From: Heteronotia binoei | Lineage: Eukaryota | Direction of reading: 5' to 3' | Assembly (NCBI RefSeq): GCF_032191835.1 | Contig: NC_083229.1 | Span: 53,630,001-53,694,000 of the forward strand | Length of the DNA: 64,000 nt | Shown: one piece after another, positions 35,812 to 60,318 of the stretch | Numbering within the stretch: the stretch's first letter is position 1 | Layout: each line of letters opens with the position of its first letter | Position numbers and translations under genes: made by a program | Notes under the pieces: model-generated | Seen by the model: the letters and a program-made list of their open reading frames with translations, nothing else | What the model was told of the DNA's origin: nothing | Databases searched by the model: none

Positions 35812-38480
35812 AAAACATAAGAGAAGCCATGTTGGATCAGGCCAATGGCCCATCCAGTCCAACACTCTGTGTCACACAGTGGCCAATATATGTGTACACA
35901 CACACACACACTTTTTATATACATACATACTGTGGCTAATAGCCACTGCTAGACCTCTGCTCCATATTTATATCCAATCCCCTCTTAAAGCTGGCTATAC
36001 TTGTAGCCGCCACCACCTCCTGTGGCAGTGAATTCCACATGTTAATCACCCTTTGGGTGAAGAAGTACTTCCTTTTATCCATTTTAACCTGACTGCTCAG
36101 CAATTTCATTGAATGCCCACGAGTTCTTGTATTGTGAGAAAGGAAGAAAAGTACTTCTTTCTCTGCTTTCTCCAACCCATGCATAATCTTGTAAACCACT
36201 ATCACGTCACCCCGCATTTGACGTTTCTCCAAGCTAAAAGCCCCAAGCGTTTTAACCTTTCTTCATAGGGAAAGTGTTCCAAACCTTTAATCATTCTAGT
36301 TGCCCTTTTCTGCACTTCTTCCAATGCTATAATATCCTTTTTGAGGTGCGGTGACCAGAATTGTACACAGTACTCCAAATGTGACCACACCATCGATTTA
36401 TATAGGGGCATTATGATATTGGCTGATTTGTTTTCAGTTCCCTTCCTAATCACTTTTACATCTCTCACCACGTCTTGGGCATTACTTAGGACCAAATCCA
36501 GGATTGCTCCACCCCTGGTTGGTTCTGTGACCATCTGCTCCATAGCACAGTCATTGAGAGCATCTAGAAACGCAATCTCTTTCTCTCGACTTGAATACAT
36601 ATTGACCCAATCAATCTGCGGGTAGTTAAAATCCCCTATTACGACACAGTTTTTACGTTTAGCCGCTATCTTTAATCCTTCCATCATATTATAATCATCC
36701 TCTATATTTTGATTTGGTGGGCAATAACAAACTTCCTTAAATTTCCTTTTGGGTCCTCTATTTCAACCCAAAGCATTTCTAGAAGGGAATCTAATTCTTT
36801 GACCTCAGTCTTACTGGACTGTATACCCTCTCTGACATACAGAGCCACCCACCTCCGACCCTTCCCTCCTTATCCTTCCAATATAACATATCCAGGAATC
36901 ACCGTGTCCTACTGATTCTCCTCATTCCACCAAGTTTCTGAAATTCCCACAATGTCTATGTTTTCTCCCAACACTAAGGATTCCAACTCACCAATTTTAC
37001 TTCGAACACTTTTAGCATTTGTATACAAACATCTATAATTTCCCAGGCAAGTTAGGCCCGCAACCTTCCTCCTGCTGCTTCAAGACTTTGGCAGACACTC
37101 CATACTGTTTGTCACCATCTCAGTGGAAAACTCTGATCCATTACCTGGTAGAAAAGTAACAGCTAACCCTTCATCTCTTTTGAGACGAGTCCTCCCGAAC
37201 CAGAGACATTTCATCTCCTGTCGGCTTTCCCCCAAGATTTAGTTTAAAAACTGCTCTGCCACCTTTTTGATTTTAAGTGCCAGCAGCTTGGTTCCATCTG
37301 GGGACGTGGAGACCGTCTCTTTTGTACAGCTCCCGCTTGTTCCAGAAAGCATCCCAGTGCCTAACAGACTTAAACCATTCCTCCCTACACCATCATCTTA
37401 TCCACACATTGAGACTTCTAATTTGTGACTGTCTCTCCAGCCCTGCACGTGGAACAGGTAGCACTTCTGAGAAGGCTACCTTGGAGGTCCTGGACTTAAG
37501 TCTCCTGCCTAGCAGCCTAAATTTTTCCTCCAGGACCTCATGACTGCATTTCCCCACATCGTTGGTGCCAACATGCACCATGACCACTGGCTCCTCCCCA
37601 ACACTGTCTATCAATCTATCTACAACACGCGTAATGTCTGCTACCTTTGCACCAGGCAGGTTAGTCACCATACAGTCAGTACACAGTTTTGCCACCCAGC
37701 TGTCTACTTGCCTAAGGATCGAATCACCAACTACCAAGACCACCCCTTTCTCCCTGCCCAGGGATGGTTCCTTGGTGTGAAGGGATACCCGCTCACCAAC
37801 TGAAGAAGTCCCTTCTGAGGGTGCATTCCCCTTATCCTCAGCACGGTGCCCTGTTCCCTCTCGACCCTCATGCTCCCTGGCAGCAATGGGGCTGCCACAG
37901 AGTGGGGCTCATCTAATACGTCCCCGAGAGTCTTCTCTGAGTGCCTAACTGACTGTCTCTGCTTCTCCAGGTCAATCACCTCGGCCTAAAGGGTATGAAC
38001 TCGTTCCCTGAGGACCAGGAGCTCCTTGCATTGAGCACACACCCAAGACTTCTGTCCTGTGGGCAGATAATCATACATGTGACACTCAGTGCAAAACACT
38101 GGAAAGCCCCCACCCCCCTGCTGGCATTCTACCTTCATTATAGCTTTTTAAAAATATACAGTCTCCTTTTAAATTCTGTTTTTTAATGTGGCTCTCCTTC
38201 TGGAGGGTCTACTCACCTTATTGGGAACACAAAGAAAATAGGCATCTGGGTTCCTGGTCCTTACACAGCCCCCAGGCCGAGAGACCTTTAGCTCTCGCCC
38301 TCTGGCAAGGCGCAGCTTAATAATGCAAAGAGGGTGGAGCCTCAGTCTGCCCCAGGAACACAGCCACTCCTAATCAATCAGCAACAATCACCTTCAGCCC
38401 ACTCAAACCAAACAAACAGCAGTTCCCCAGCAACCACAAACTCAGAATTTTCAGCAATCACACAGTTACACAAACTGATA
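35812..38480 (-). mobile_element. CR1-clade LINE with large internal deletion, in the HAUS3 5' intron
   Basis: ORF1 SGNH/GDSL esterase remnant (VVGDS..PGAKV..HVGTND, 37393-37743), endonuclease (GDFNYPQIDW, ILDLVLSN), RT C-terminus (HLEYCVQFWSPH, FFTQRVINMWNSLP) and CR1 3' tail near 35812. The 5' boundary is approximate. Confidence 0.9.
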
Positions 38481-39699
38481 ATCCTTTGAGTAGTTTGGCC
38501 TTTTTTATTTTGTAAGAACACACAAAGTTCCCCTACATACCAATTAAGGTAAGTGCTGTTTACTCTAACAGCAGCTCTGCAAGCAGTGTTCCCTCTGAGT
38601 TCATGTGAGCCAGCTTACAGTTTTTTAGTCTCTGGCTCACACATTTTTGTCTTAGCTCAGCTTGCTCAGAAAGGACAGCCCCTGAGCACACTAATTTATG
38701 CAGTAACTCACAACCTTAATGTCAGTAACTCACAAAGTAGAATGTTTGTTCACAACACTCCACAGCTTAGAGGGAACAGTGTGATTCCAAGGGTAACAGG
38801 TAGAGGTCTTTCACGTTACCTGATCCTGGGAAATGAACTTCAGACCTCCTGCATGCAAAATAGTTGCTCTAACACTGAGCTTCATTCATAACTATGAATT
38901 ATATTTTTCATCATATCCCCTTCCTTCATATCTCAGTACTAGTAATGGCAGGATGGTGACCCACATCCCTTGGAGCTTCAGAGGTGTAGCAAGGGCTGGA
39001 AATGACAGGGCACAACATGTGACATCACATCCAGTCAAAACGCCAGAAATGATATCTCTGTGGCAAGTAGAGTGCCACCTAATGCATGTGTATCACATCT
39101 GGGCTTTTGGCTGGGAGTGATCATTTCCAACCCCAGACCTTTCTTCTACTGACCCAGACAAAAGAGGAGGGAGGGCCCAACAGTAGGAGCCCTCCTGTCG
39201 TAATCGAGGAACCAGCAACTCTACTCTGCAGTCAGATTTTCAAAGGAAGAGCAGTTTAACTGTATGTACATCGTACCCTTTGGTGATACCTAAATGTGAT
39301 ACAACTGCCTCCAACATTATACAAAAGGGGAAAAGAAGGAAGAAAATTCAGGTATCTGAACATTTGTTTTTATATAACTCATTTATGCTCGAATAATATT
39401 TCTACACACCGTGTAATTAGAAACGCAGACTGAACCTTTTTAATTAGCCAACAACATCTTTTGCTCTTGCCGTTTCTCTCTTATGCCCATTTTGCATAAC
39501 ATCCAGTCTAGAGGGATTAGCGGTTTTTACCAGTCTCTCTCCCTAGATAAATCCATCCGCCCGTTTAGGAATTCGCTATAACATTTAAGCGATATTAAAT
39601 AAATTAATGGGGGTACATAAGAATTTAAAGAACATAAAGGTCAAATTTAAAAACTGCCCCCCCCCCCCCCCGACAGTAACTCGGCAATAAGTCCTGTTA

Positions 39700-41200
39700 A
39701 ATTTACCTCCACTCCAACTGAAAAGACCCAGAACTGGCAGCAACTGCTCGCAGACGCTGTTTGGCGCGCGAGAAGCGAGATTTTTTTTTTCTTTTCAAAA
39801 TTGCGCTTCTCTTTCGCGAGCCAGACCCTAAAGTCTCGCGATACTTGACACGGATCTGCCCGACATGCAAAGCCGCATCCGCTCTTTTCTTTAGCGGATT
39901 TTCAAAAGTAACACCACGAAATGTAAGTAGATATTTGACACTTTAAAAAAAAAAACCCTGCTTGTACCTCGAATTATAGTCCTTCACATTGAATCCACTA
40001 AGCACGAAACGTGTAGCCTCTACGTTTACCTTAGTACGACAGTGTGGGGACTACATTTCCCAGGAACGCTCGCTCTCTCGGAAATGAACCTGTTTATTTC
40101 AGGTCAAGACGATGACACCCATACAGAAGGCATGGTAGATAGGTTGTCAGTTCTACAGAGGCTAAAAATTAGCATTTCCCCCCTTTCAGGAATATAATAT
40201 CATAAAACCCCAGGAATGTGGTCGTTTCATTATCTTATTTTTGTAGCACCGTCGTGCGGAACTGCGGTTAGACTGAGCATGCCTAGAAAGATACTGAAAC
40301 CGCCCACCCTTAGTTTGACTTCAAGGAGGAACTAACGAGATTACGTAGGGCTGTTCTCGGAAACTGTGATCCATGCCAGTAACGTGGCTAAGTCTCCTCC
40401 CCGGAAGAAAAGGGAATTGTGTGTCTCTGCTGAGGAGAATCCAGTCAACAAAAGCGGTTATTTAACCTTTTGTTAAGACCACCCAAAATAACAGTTTACA
40501 GGTCTTCGAGATATCCAGAACTATTCTTCTGAAGGGTAAAAAATACAAAAAAAGAGGACGGGGGGCAGATCTTTCAGGCCTGGTAGGGTGCAACTTGACT
40601 CCTGCTTTGTTATACTGCTTCAGACCAACACGGCTACCCACCTGGATCTAGGCCTGTTAAAAAGATCTGAAAAAGTCAAAAGCTTACACACTGCACTGAT
40701 TTTTTTTTTAAAGACCAATTCTGCCGTTACACTGCATTTATCGTGGGACTTTGCTATCCCTGGCTGGTATCCTTTGCTCTTCGTAATGTCGAAAATAACG
40801 AAAAAATCCAGCCTGTAAACAAAACGACCGTCAGTCCAGCCCTTTGTTACATCTGTTACGGTCTAGCACGCTCCCTTAGAAGCTAGTTAAATCTTTCTGC
40901 GCTTGGCAGACCGGAAGTTCATCCTTGTGACCCAACGGAAGTGATTTGGCAGGGCGACTGGCCCGGCTGGAATCAGCGGGGGTTTTTGCGAAGCTGCCCC
41001 GTGAATATCTTCGGGCGCTGGCAGGGCGGAGGTGAGTGTGAGCTCGAAAGAGTCTGCTAAACGCTTCCCGTCTTCTGTGTCGTTGTCTACTCTGCGGAGC
41101 TGTTTCCCCCTCCCTGTTGATGGCCCGGAGCTACGGGAAGGGAAAGAATTCCGTAGACAGACACTAACCGCCCCTGAACTCCGTGTCTTCTGTGAGTCGT
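39700..41200. promoter_or_regulatory. Divergent CpG-rich promoter region of HAUS3 (-) and ELOC (+)
   Basis: CpG-rich clusters at ~39720-39900 and ~40860-41200. Motifs: BANP-type TATCGCGAGA (minus, 39834-39843), ZNF143/SBS-type ACTACATTTCCCAGGAACGC (40050-40069) and ETS/GABP CCGGAAGT/CGGAAGTG (40911-40943). Outward-facing donors GGAG|gtaaat (minus, 39707) and GGAG|gtgagt (plus, 41031). Confidence 0.75.
40940..41031 (+). other. ELOC: Probable non-coding first exon of ELOC
   Basis: Strong donor GGAG|GTGAGT at 41031/41032 just downstream of tandem ETS sites in the CpG island; the 5' boundary is approximate. Confidence 0.6.
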
Positions 41201-42394
41201 TTTCTTCTGTCTGAAACGCAGAGCTGAAGCACAACCGCTTTCAATTGTTTCTCCATTTCAGGAAAATCCCTTTGGTCTCTTATGCAATAGATTGGACTGT
41301 TCTCTGAAAAACACGCACGGCAGTTCCTGCCCCGCTTTCTTCCTGCTCCCGTCTCTTCCGAGCGTTGCGTGTATTAGGCTCTGTCTCTCCTCCCTTCCCC
41401 ACTTGTATTCTCTGTGGAATTGCTTACGGCTTACAGGTCCACTCCAGGCGTAACCGACCCTTCTCGCATGACTTCCATCTTATATCTATAATGTTTCCTC
41501 GTGGAACTCAGAGCGGTATAACACAACATTCCCTTAGTTTCATCATGGTTGCTGTATCATGTAATGCGCCTTCCCACCATACAATGCACTTGATTACTCT
41601 CTTCTGGTATCCAGTGCCATTTGTCGAGGCACTTTGTTTATATGACTTTTCTTCCCAAGTATTGTGATGTACTTTATATCCTTCAAATGGTAAATAAAGA
41701 GGCTGCCTGAAGGATAGTGTTTTTGTACTTAGACATCAATGTGTGGCATGCATGTAACCCTTCACTATTTTTTCTGATTCTTTGTGTGTTTGGAAGTTCT
41801 GCTGAGGCCTACAGGACTTACTTTGTACTGTACATGAAGAAGACAATATTAGATTCAGTAGGAAACTTTAAAATGTTACAGAGCTTGATAAGGCTTTGAA
41901 AATTATTCAACACACAGCTGTGTTTATAAGGCAGAATGTTTCCGCATAAATTCTTAACAGTTCTTAATAAATTCTTAATATTATTTTGCTGATGTGGATC
42001 TGGCAAAAATGGGAGTGCAGCATACAAAAAAGGGTGAGCTTGTTCGTGGGAGTTGAGACCTCAACTGTAGATGATGGTAACAGAAAAGAATTGTTAGGTA
42101 CAGGAATGGAGAGAGAAGGGGACAGTGAAATCATCTAAATATGGACACATGGAGCTTTTTTTGTCTACTTCCATTAGAACTTCCACTGCCACAGAGGTAA
42201 ACCAATCTTTAATTTGATTACCATTTTGTAGTGTTGGGATACTGGTAAATTGTCCAGTCAGATATTGTTAATTAATAATTTATTTGGCTTTGGTCCAAAA
42301 GTCTGTGAATTCTTTTATTCCCTTGTATATATAGCAGCCCAATTTTTGAATTACATCGAATTATCTGATAATTAGAGTGACGTTAGTCAGACTT

Positions 42395-42668
42395 AGGAGC
42401 TTCGTGGCACAGAATAGTAAGATGCAATACTGCAGTCCAAGCTCTGCCATGAACTGAGCTCAATCCTGGTGGAAGCCAGGTTCAAGTAGCTGGCTCAGGG
42501 TTGACTCAGCCTTTCATCCTTCTGAGGTTGGTGAAATGAGTACCCAGCTTGCTTAAGGTAAATGGCAAACCACCCCGTAACAAAAAGTCTGCCAATAAAA
42601 CATTGTGATGTGATGTTACTCCATGGGTCAGTTATGATTCGGTGCTTGCACAGGAGACTACCTTCACC
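42395..42668 (+). mobile_element. Sauria-type SINE in ELOC intron 1
   Basis: Same family; perfect 12-bp TSD TTAGTCAGACTT at 42383-42394 and 42669-42680. Confidence 0.88.
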
Positions 42669-44869
42669 TTAGTCAGACTTGCAGAAACCAGGATATGCAC
42701 ACATCTTAGTTTATCAACAGACCACTACATCATTCTTTATAATAAAATTTTACAACAGATTCTTGTTCAAAAAAACTTTTCAGTTTCTGTAAACAGCAAA
42801 GTTTTATGGAGAAAGAAGTCACGTGTTGCCTGAGACTGCATTTGTATTTAGTAAAGCTGACCTCTTTTTCCCCTTTGCTGCCTGGAAATGAACAGAGAAT
42901 AATGATATTTCAACCACTGCTATAGTAAAGCCTATTCCAAACAGTGACTGTTTGGAATAGAGCAGATTGCGACTTTCTCTTGTGCAGTCTGGAAGTAATA
43001 ATATATTAGCCATTAATGTGGCAAAGCCTTTATTTTTCTGCCTGATTGTCCTACTTTGCATTTGACAAAAGACTTTTCAAACAGTTTTCTATTCATTTAG
43101 TTAGTAACTTTCACTCTAGGTGTTTGTGAAAGCAGAAATTGTAAATTTAAGCCAGAAAGGTTTCCCAGTTTGTTCTGACAATATAGTCATTTTTTTCACG
43201 TTTAAGGCACATTTTAAATGGTTTTGGACTATTTAGCAAGAAAGGACACTTGAGTGTCAAGTATAAGAAAATGGCGGAAATAGCGATACTTGGTCAGTGC
43301 ATCCTGAAAACAAACAGTGTATCTGTCACCACCAGATCAAAATAAATACTTAGACATACATTTTTATTAGAGAAATTCCTGGGTCAGACATTTGAAGCCA
43401 ATAATTCTTGGAGTAGAAAGATCTGCTTGTGTATTCTGTGTATTGAAAAGTGAAAGGGAACAATCCTCAGTTTCTGTACCAAAAAGATCCATAAATTGCA
43501 CATTTGGGGATGCAGAGCTGGTCAAATGCTAGCTTCCTGTTTATCAAACTAAATTCCAGTTCCTGATGGTCAAACCAAGTGTGTACACTGGAGCACCATG
43601 CTTGAACTACTATTATACCAAAATTAATTTTTGTATCATGCATGTTGGGGCAGTTTGAACAAGAAAACTTGTGTTTTGGGAATACAATCTGAAGTACTTC
43701 AAAAGCTATTTTGATTTACAAATGTAGTCAAATCCCAGTTTAAAATGTGCTTATTTGATTTGTTTGTACTGTGATCAGAATGTCCTGTTTGCTTCCACCT
43801 CCTGAATTTAACAAGAAAATAGAAACTGCCAATAAGTAACTAGGAATCAATTTCAGTTCTGTATCCTAGCTACACTGTATGCTTCCTCCCCTGCCACGCC
43901 TCCCCAGCTGACTTGGTGAACTTATGCACTGCTAAATTCAACAAAGCTGTTGACTGTCATTGCTTCTAGATAATCTGCAGAACTGCTGGTGTCTACTTTG
44001 CTTTCTGATAGCTTGAGAACAAAGTTGGTGCCAGCTAATCTGTCCGCAGATCCTTGTGTTTGGGAATGTAGGTAGAATGTAAAAATGTGTTAGCAGATAT
44101 TCGCAGGGGAAAGGAACAGAAAATACTGATTCTTTCCTTTACATCTGGGGTAGCTATGAAAGCCTTGTTGGGTGTTGCTGTGATACTTTACATACAAATG
44201 TTGTACATTAGGGAGACTTATATCCTGCTGCCCTTGACTGTTTCTTAAAAAGCAAGACAATTCTAATCTTGTATTCCAGATGCTCTTCATCAAATATATG
44301 GCGAGTACAAACCAGTATCATTTTTTTTAAAGCTGGGAAAGGGGGAAGATCAATAGGATTGTGATGAACTAAGCTGCACATTTTACCCCCCCCCCCAAAA
44401 AAAAACCAACATGAAAAGTAAACCTGGTGAAACTTAAGAGAAGTAAATATGTAATAATTGCATTACAACAAAAATGATGGGTTCAAACTCCCATTGCTTA
44501 TACATAATTAGCTGCTATTCGTAAACCTTTTCTTATTCTGTCAATGCTTCTGAACATCTGCATAATTTTTTCAGTATTTAGTATGCTACAAACAAGTGAC
44601 CTGCAAGTACATTTGGGGTGGTAATCTTACTCCCACACACACACTATTTTCTCTCTCCCCTCCCTGAAAGTGCCATAACTTTTTCCTGCATCCCTCTCTG
44701 TTTCATAGCCAGAATCTACATTTATCTTTACCAAAGTAAAATCATATCTTAAAAACTATTAAAACCAACTAAAATATATCATTAATACAATTAAAATTAG
44801 AACTAAAATACATATAAAAATTAAAACATTGGGCAGGAAAGAGAAATCACTGAGGAAATGCCAAATTTA

Positions 44870-45230
44870 AAAAAAGTCTTCCCACTCTTGTGGAAGATGG
44901 CAGCAGAAGAGGACAGACAAGTCTCCTAAGCAGAGAGTCCCAGAGTGCCGTGACTGAGAAGGCCCTCTCCTGGGTAACCACCAACCTAATCTTAGAAGGT
45001 GGGTGCCTCCAAATATGACCTTAGTGGCTTGGGTAGGTTTGTAAGAGGTAAATAGTTTTAAGCTATGTTTAGAGTATGGCTTGGTTGTGGGCTCTGCACT
45101 GGACATGGGATGTATAGTTTTGGTGGCCACATCATACAGAGAGGGGCATACCCCTTGCACTGGATGGGTTATTGAATGACCTTGACTTCCAACCTGGGCT
45201 GGTGAGTAAAGAATTTTCAAAGAATGGCAT
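44870..45230 (+). mobile_element. L2-like LINE 3' fragment
   Basis: Decayed L2 3' coding/UTR-like sequence (gactgagaaggccctctcc..), related to 56200-56390. Confidence 0.5.
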
Positions 45231-45396
45231 CTCCGTTCAATCTAGTAATGTGACATAGTAAACATAACCACAGTTAAATTCAAATAACACTTGGCGTCCT
45301 CTATATGAAGTTAGTGACCTTTTTAGATTTCCACCTAACCTTGTTTGCTTTTACTAATGAACTTGAGTAAGTATGTACTTTTCTATTTGTTTCCAG

Positions 45397-45449
45397 TTCT
45401 TATTACAAAAACTGCAGAAGTAAAGAAACAGCTATTTGATAAGGAGAAA

Positions 45450-45453
<4 letters not shown>
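45397..45453 (+). CDS. ELOC: ELOC exon 2 (5'UTR plus ATG G)
   Basis: Acceptor tttgtttccag at 45396; AAAATGG|GTAAGT donor. Confidence 0.8.
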
Positions 45454-57634
<12,181 letters not shown>

Positions 57635-57635
<1 letters not shown>

Positions 57636-57845
57636 ATAAATAAATTATAATAAAAATGTAAACTTTTTTCGATATTTAATACACTTAGTTCAGTTAGTAC
57701 CTTTTTTCATATAGCATGTTGTGTATGTTTGGTTAAGGACTGTAATGATCACTGCAAGGGACCATCATCTGCAGTGGTTTGACATGCATGGATTTTGTTT
57801 CACTGCTTACATCAATAACAGTCTTCTCACCAACTGAAAAATAAA
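57635..57845 (+). terminator. ELOC polyadenylation signals
   Basis: AATAAA overlapping the stop codon (57635-57640), further copies to ~57654, and another at 57840-57845. Confidence 0.55.
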
Positions 57846-59299
57846 CATGTCAACTCGTGGATGACTTTGCCTTATCCTTCAGCAGTGACAGAATTTTTCA
57901 CACTTTATAACTTGTACACTGATTACTTTATTCTTGTGATTGAAGCATCAGAAAAACTACATACTTACAGCCACTGTTAACTGTTGTCTTCTTATGATTT
58001 AAAACTTATTTTTACTTGAGTATTCATGATACCAGTAGTCATTATTACATTTGTGTAGTAGCTTATCATGCTCCAGTGGGCAAAGGGCGGTTTTGTATAG
58101 CACTGTTAAATGTGTAAATCAGAAATCTAGCATCCAAATCTAAAATTTCTGAGTTCCACATATTTAGCTATACTTCAGCAAGACCTTTGCTTGCTGTACA
58201 TATGCATGCTTTTGCCAGCAATCTAAGTAGCAGCATTCAAATCTGTCCTTTCCCCAGGAGAGAAGGGTTTGCAGGTCAAAAGAGAGAGAGCTCCAGCCCT
58301 TCAAGAGCACCCTGCCACCCACTGACCTCCTGGAGCCATATATGTCTGTGATGCTGGTCTTGTGGAACCAGTCTATAACAAATTCACCTGGAAATGGAGA
58401 CAGTCTTCTGAACAATATCTTTAGGTGTCATTTGAATCAAGTATATGTAGACTTGGGGTGGGGAGTTGTGCCCTTCTCATTCCATTCTAGGTATGAGATA
58501 TTTAAAATAAGGAAGGTGGACCATGCTTCCTTCACTGTTAATGGCAACTTCAGAAACCAAGTACCCTGGAAGTCAATTCCAACAGTAGCTAGCAGTTGCT
58601 CAAAGAGCATTCGAGAAAGAAGGTACTTTTTCATTTGTCCATCCTTCATCACTCAAGCCAAAACTTTCCCCTGCTTGGAAGTACCTGGTCAATAACAAAG
58701 ACTTCATGCATAAATTGAATGCGTACATAAACAACTGCTGAAATGTAAGTGTGTGGCAAACTATGGTCCAGAGTAGGGGTGTCAAATAAGGCCCATGGGC
58801 TGGATCCAGTCCCTGTAGGACTCCTCTATCAGCTCCATCAGCAAACTTCCTGTTTTCAGCTTTGGACCTAGCTTTTGCCCAGTCTCTCCTATTCCCTGCC
58901 TTGCAGAGAAAAGAAAGAAAGCTAAGCCTTCCTTTCCTTGATTGGCTGAGAGCTCCTCCCCCTCTGGGGAGGGAGGACAAAGGGAAGAGCCAGAGAACCC
59001 TGCAGCACCTTTAAGAAGACCAACAGCATTTTGTTCTAGCTATAAGCTGTTGTGTGCCTACTTCTCCAGAGAGAGAGAAGGAGCAAGAGAAAGAAATATC
59101 CAGAGAGAGAATGCAAGAGGGATGGCACTTGGAGAGATGTCCCTTCCAGTTCTAACAGATAGGGGGGGGGGGGAGGAACCTAACACCACAGTTTGAATTC
59201 TTAATTAATGCGAGGAAGAGTCCACAGAAGCCCCTTAACAAATTTTGTGGCAGGGCATGAGCTTTCATGAGTCACTGATCACTTCAGATACAGCTAGAA

Positions 59300-59885
59300 C
59301 AGGGGTGTCAAACATGTGGCCTGGGGGTCAACTTAGGCCCCTGGAGGGCTCCTATCAGCCCCCTAAGCAACTGGCTGTCAGCTGTTTCTCTCTCTTGCTT
59401 TCTTTTGCATCACAGCTTGCTTTTTAAGGTTTGCGCAATAGCACAGGGGCTACAGAGAAAAACCTCTATTTTCTCCATTGGCTGAGGTTCCTCCATTGGG
59501 GAGACAAGGTGGAGAGGCACAGCTTGTTTTTCCAGGCTCTCAATCACACAGCAGAGCTACTGAGCCAAACCTCTCTTCTATTGGTTGAGTCTCCTCCCCC
59601 ACCAGTCCCCTGAGGAAGGAAGGAAAGAGCCAGAGGTTCCTTTGCCCAGTTCCCTGGATCTATGGGAGAAATACAAAGAAAGCACCTTTAAAAACGAGTG
59701 CTAACATTTTAAGAATTTTTTTTAAAAAAAATTGTGTTTGTTTATGTCCTTTATAAAGTTTATATCTCTACTATCTAATCTTAAATAGGTACACACATGG
59801 GCTGGCCTGACATCGCCCAGCCGAACCCAACACGGCCCGGCCCAACAAGGTCTCATCTATGTCAGATCTGACCCTAACACCCCTG
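59300..59885 (+). mobile_element. Non-autonomous hAT element (inner copy)
   Basis: Ends CAGGGGTGT...ACACCCCTG; perfect 8-bp TSD AGCTAGAA (59292-59299, 59886-59893). Confidence 0.85.
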
Positions 59886-60054
59886 AGCTAGAATGTGAAT
59901 CCATCTGTTCTTATATTTTGGAGAGTGAAGTGATTTCAGATACCAAATGACAACAGCAGGCTTTGGTAATGAGAGACAAAATCTACATCTCTGTTGAGTC
60001 CAGGAGGATGCATTGCCTTGAGCTTCATTATCAGTTGCAATTTAGCAGTCTCTC

Positions 60055-60318
60055 TAAAGTTTGGAGTAGTGGTTAAGTGTGCGGTCTCTTATCTGGGAGA
60101 ACTGGGTTTGATTCCCCACTCTTCCACTTGCAGCTGCTGGAATGGCCTTGGGTCAGCCATAACTCATAAGAGTTGTCCCTGAAGAGTAGCTTCTGTGAGA
60201 GCTCTCAGCCCCATCTACCTCACAGAATGTCTGTTGGGGTGGGGGGTAAAGGAGATTTTGACCACTCTGAGACTGAGATTCAGAGTATAGGGTAGGATAT
60301 AAATCCAATATCTTCTAA
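60055..60318 (+). mobile_element. tRNA-derived SINE
   Basis: Box A/B-like head (tagtggttaag...ggtttgattcccc). Related copies at ~55455-55560(+), 60870-61080(-), 63115-63345(-) and 13310-13420(-). Confidence 0.7.
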
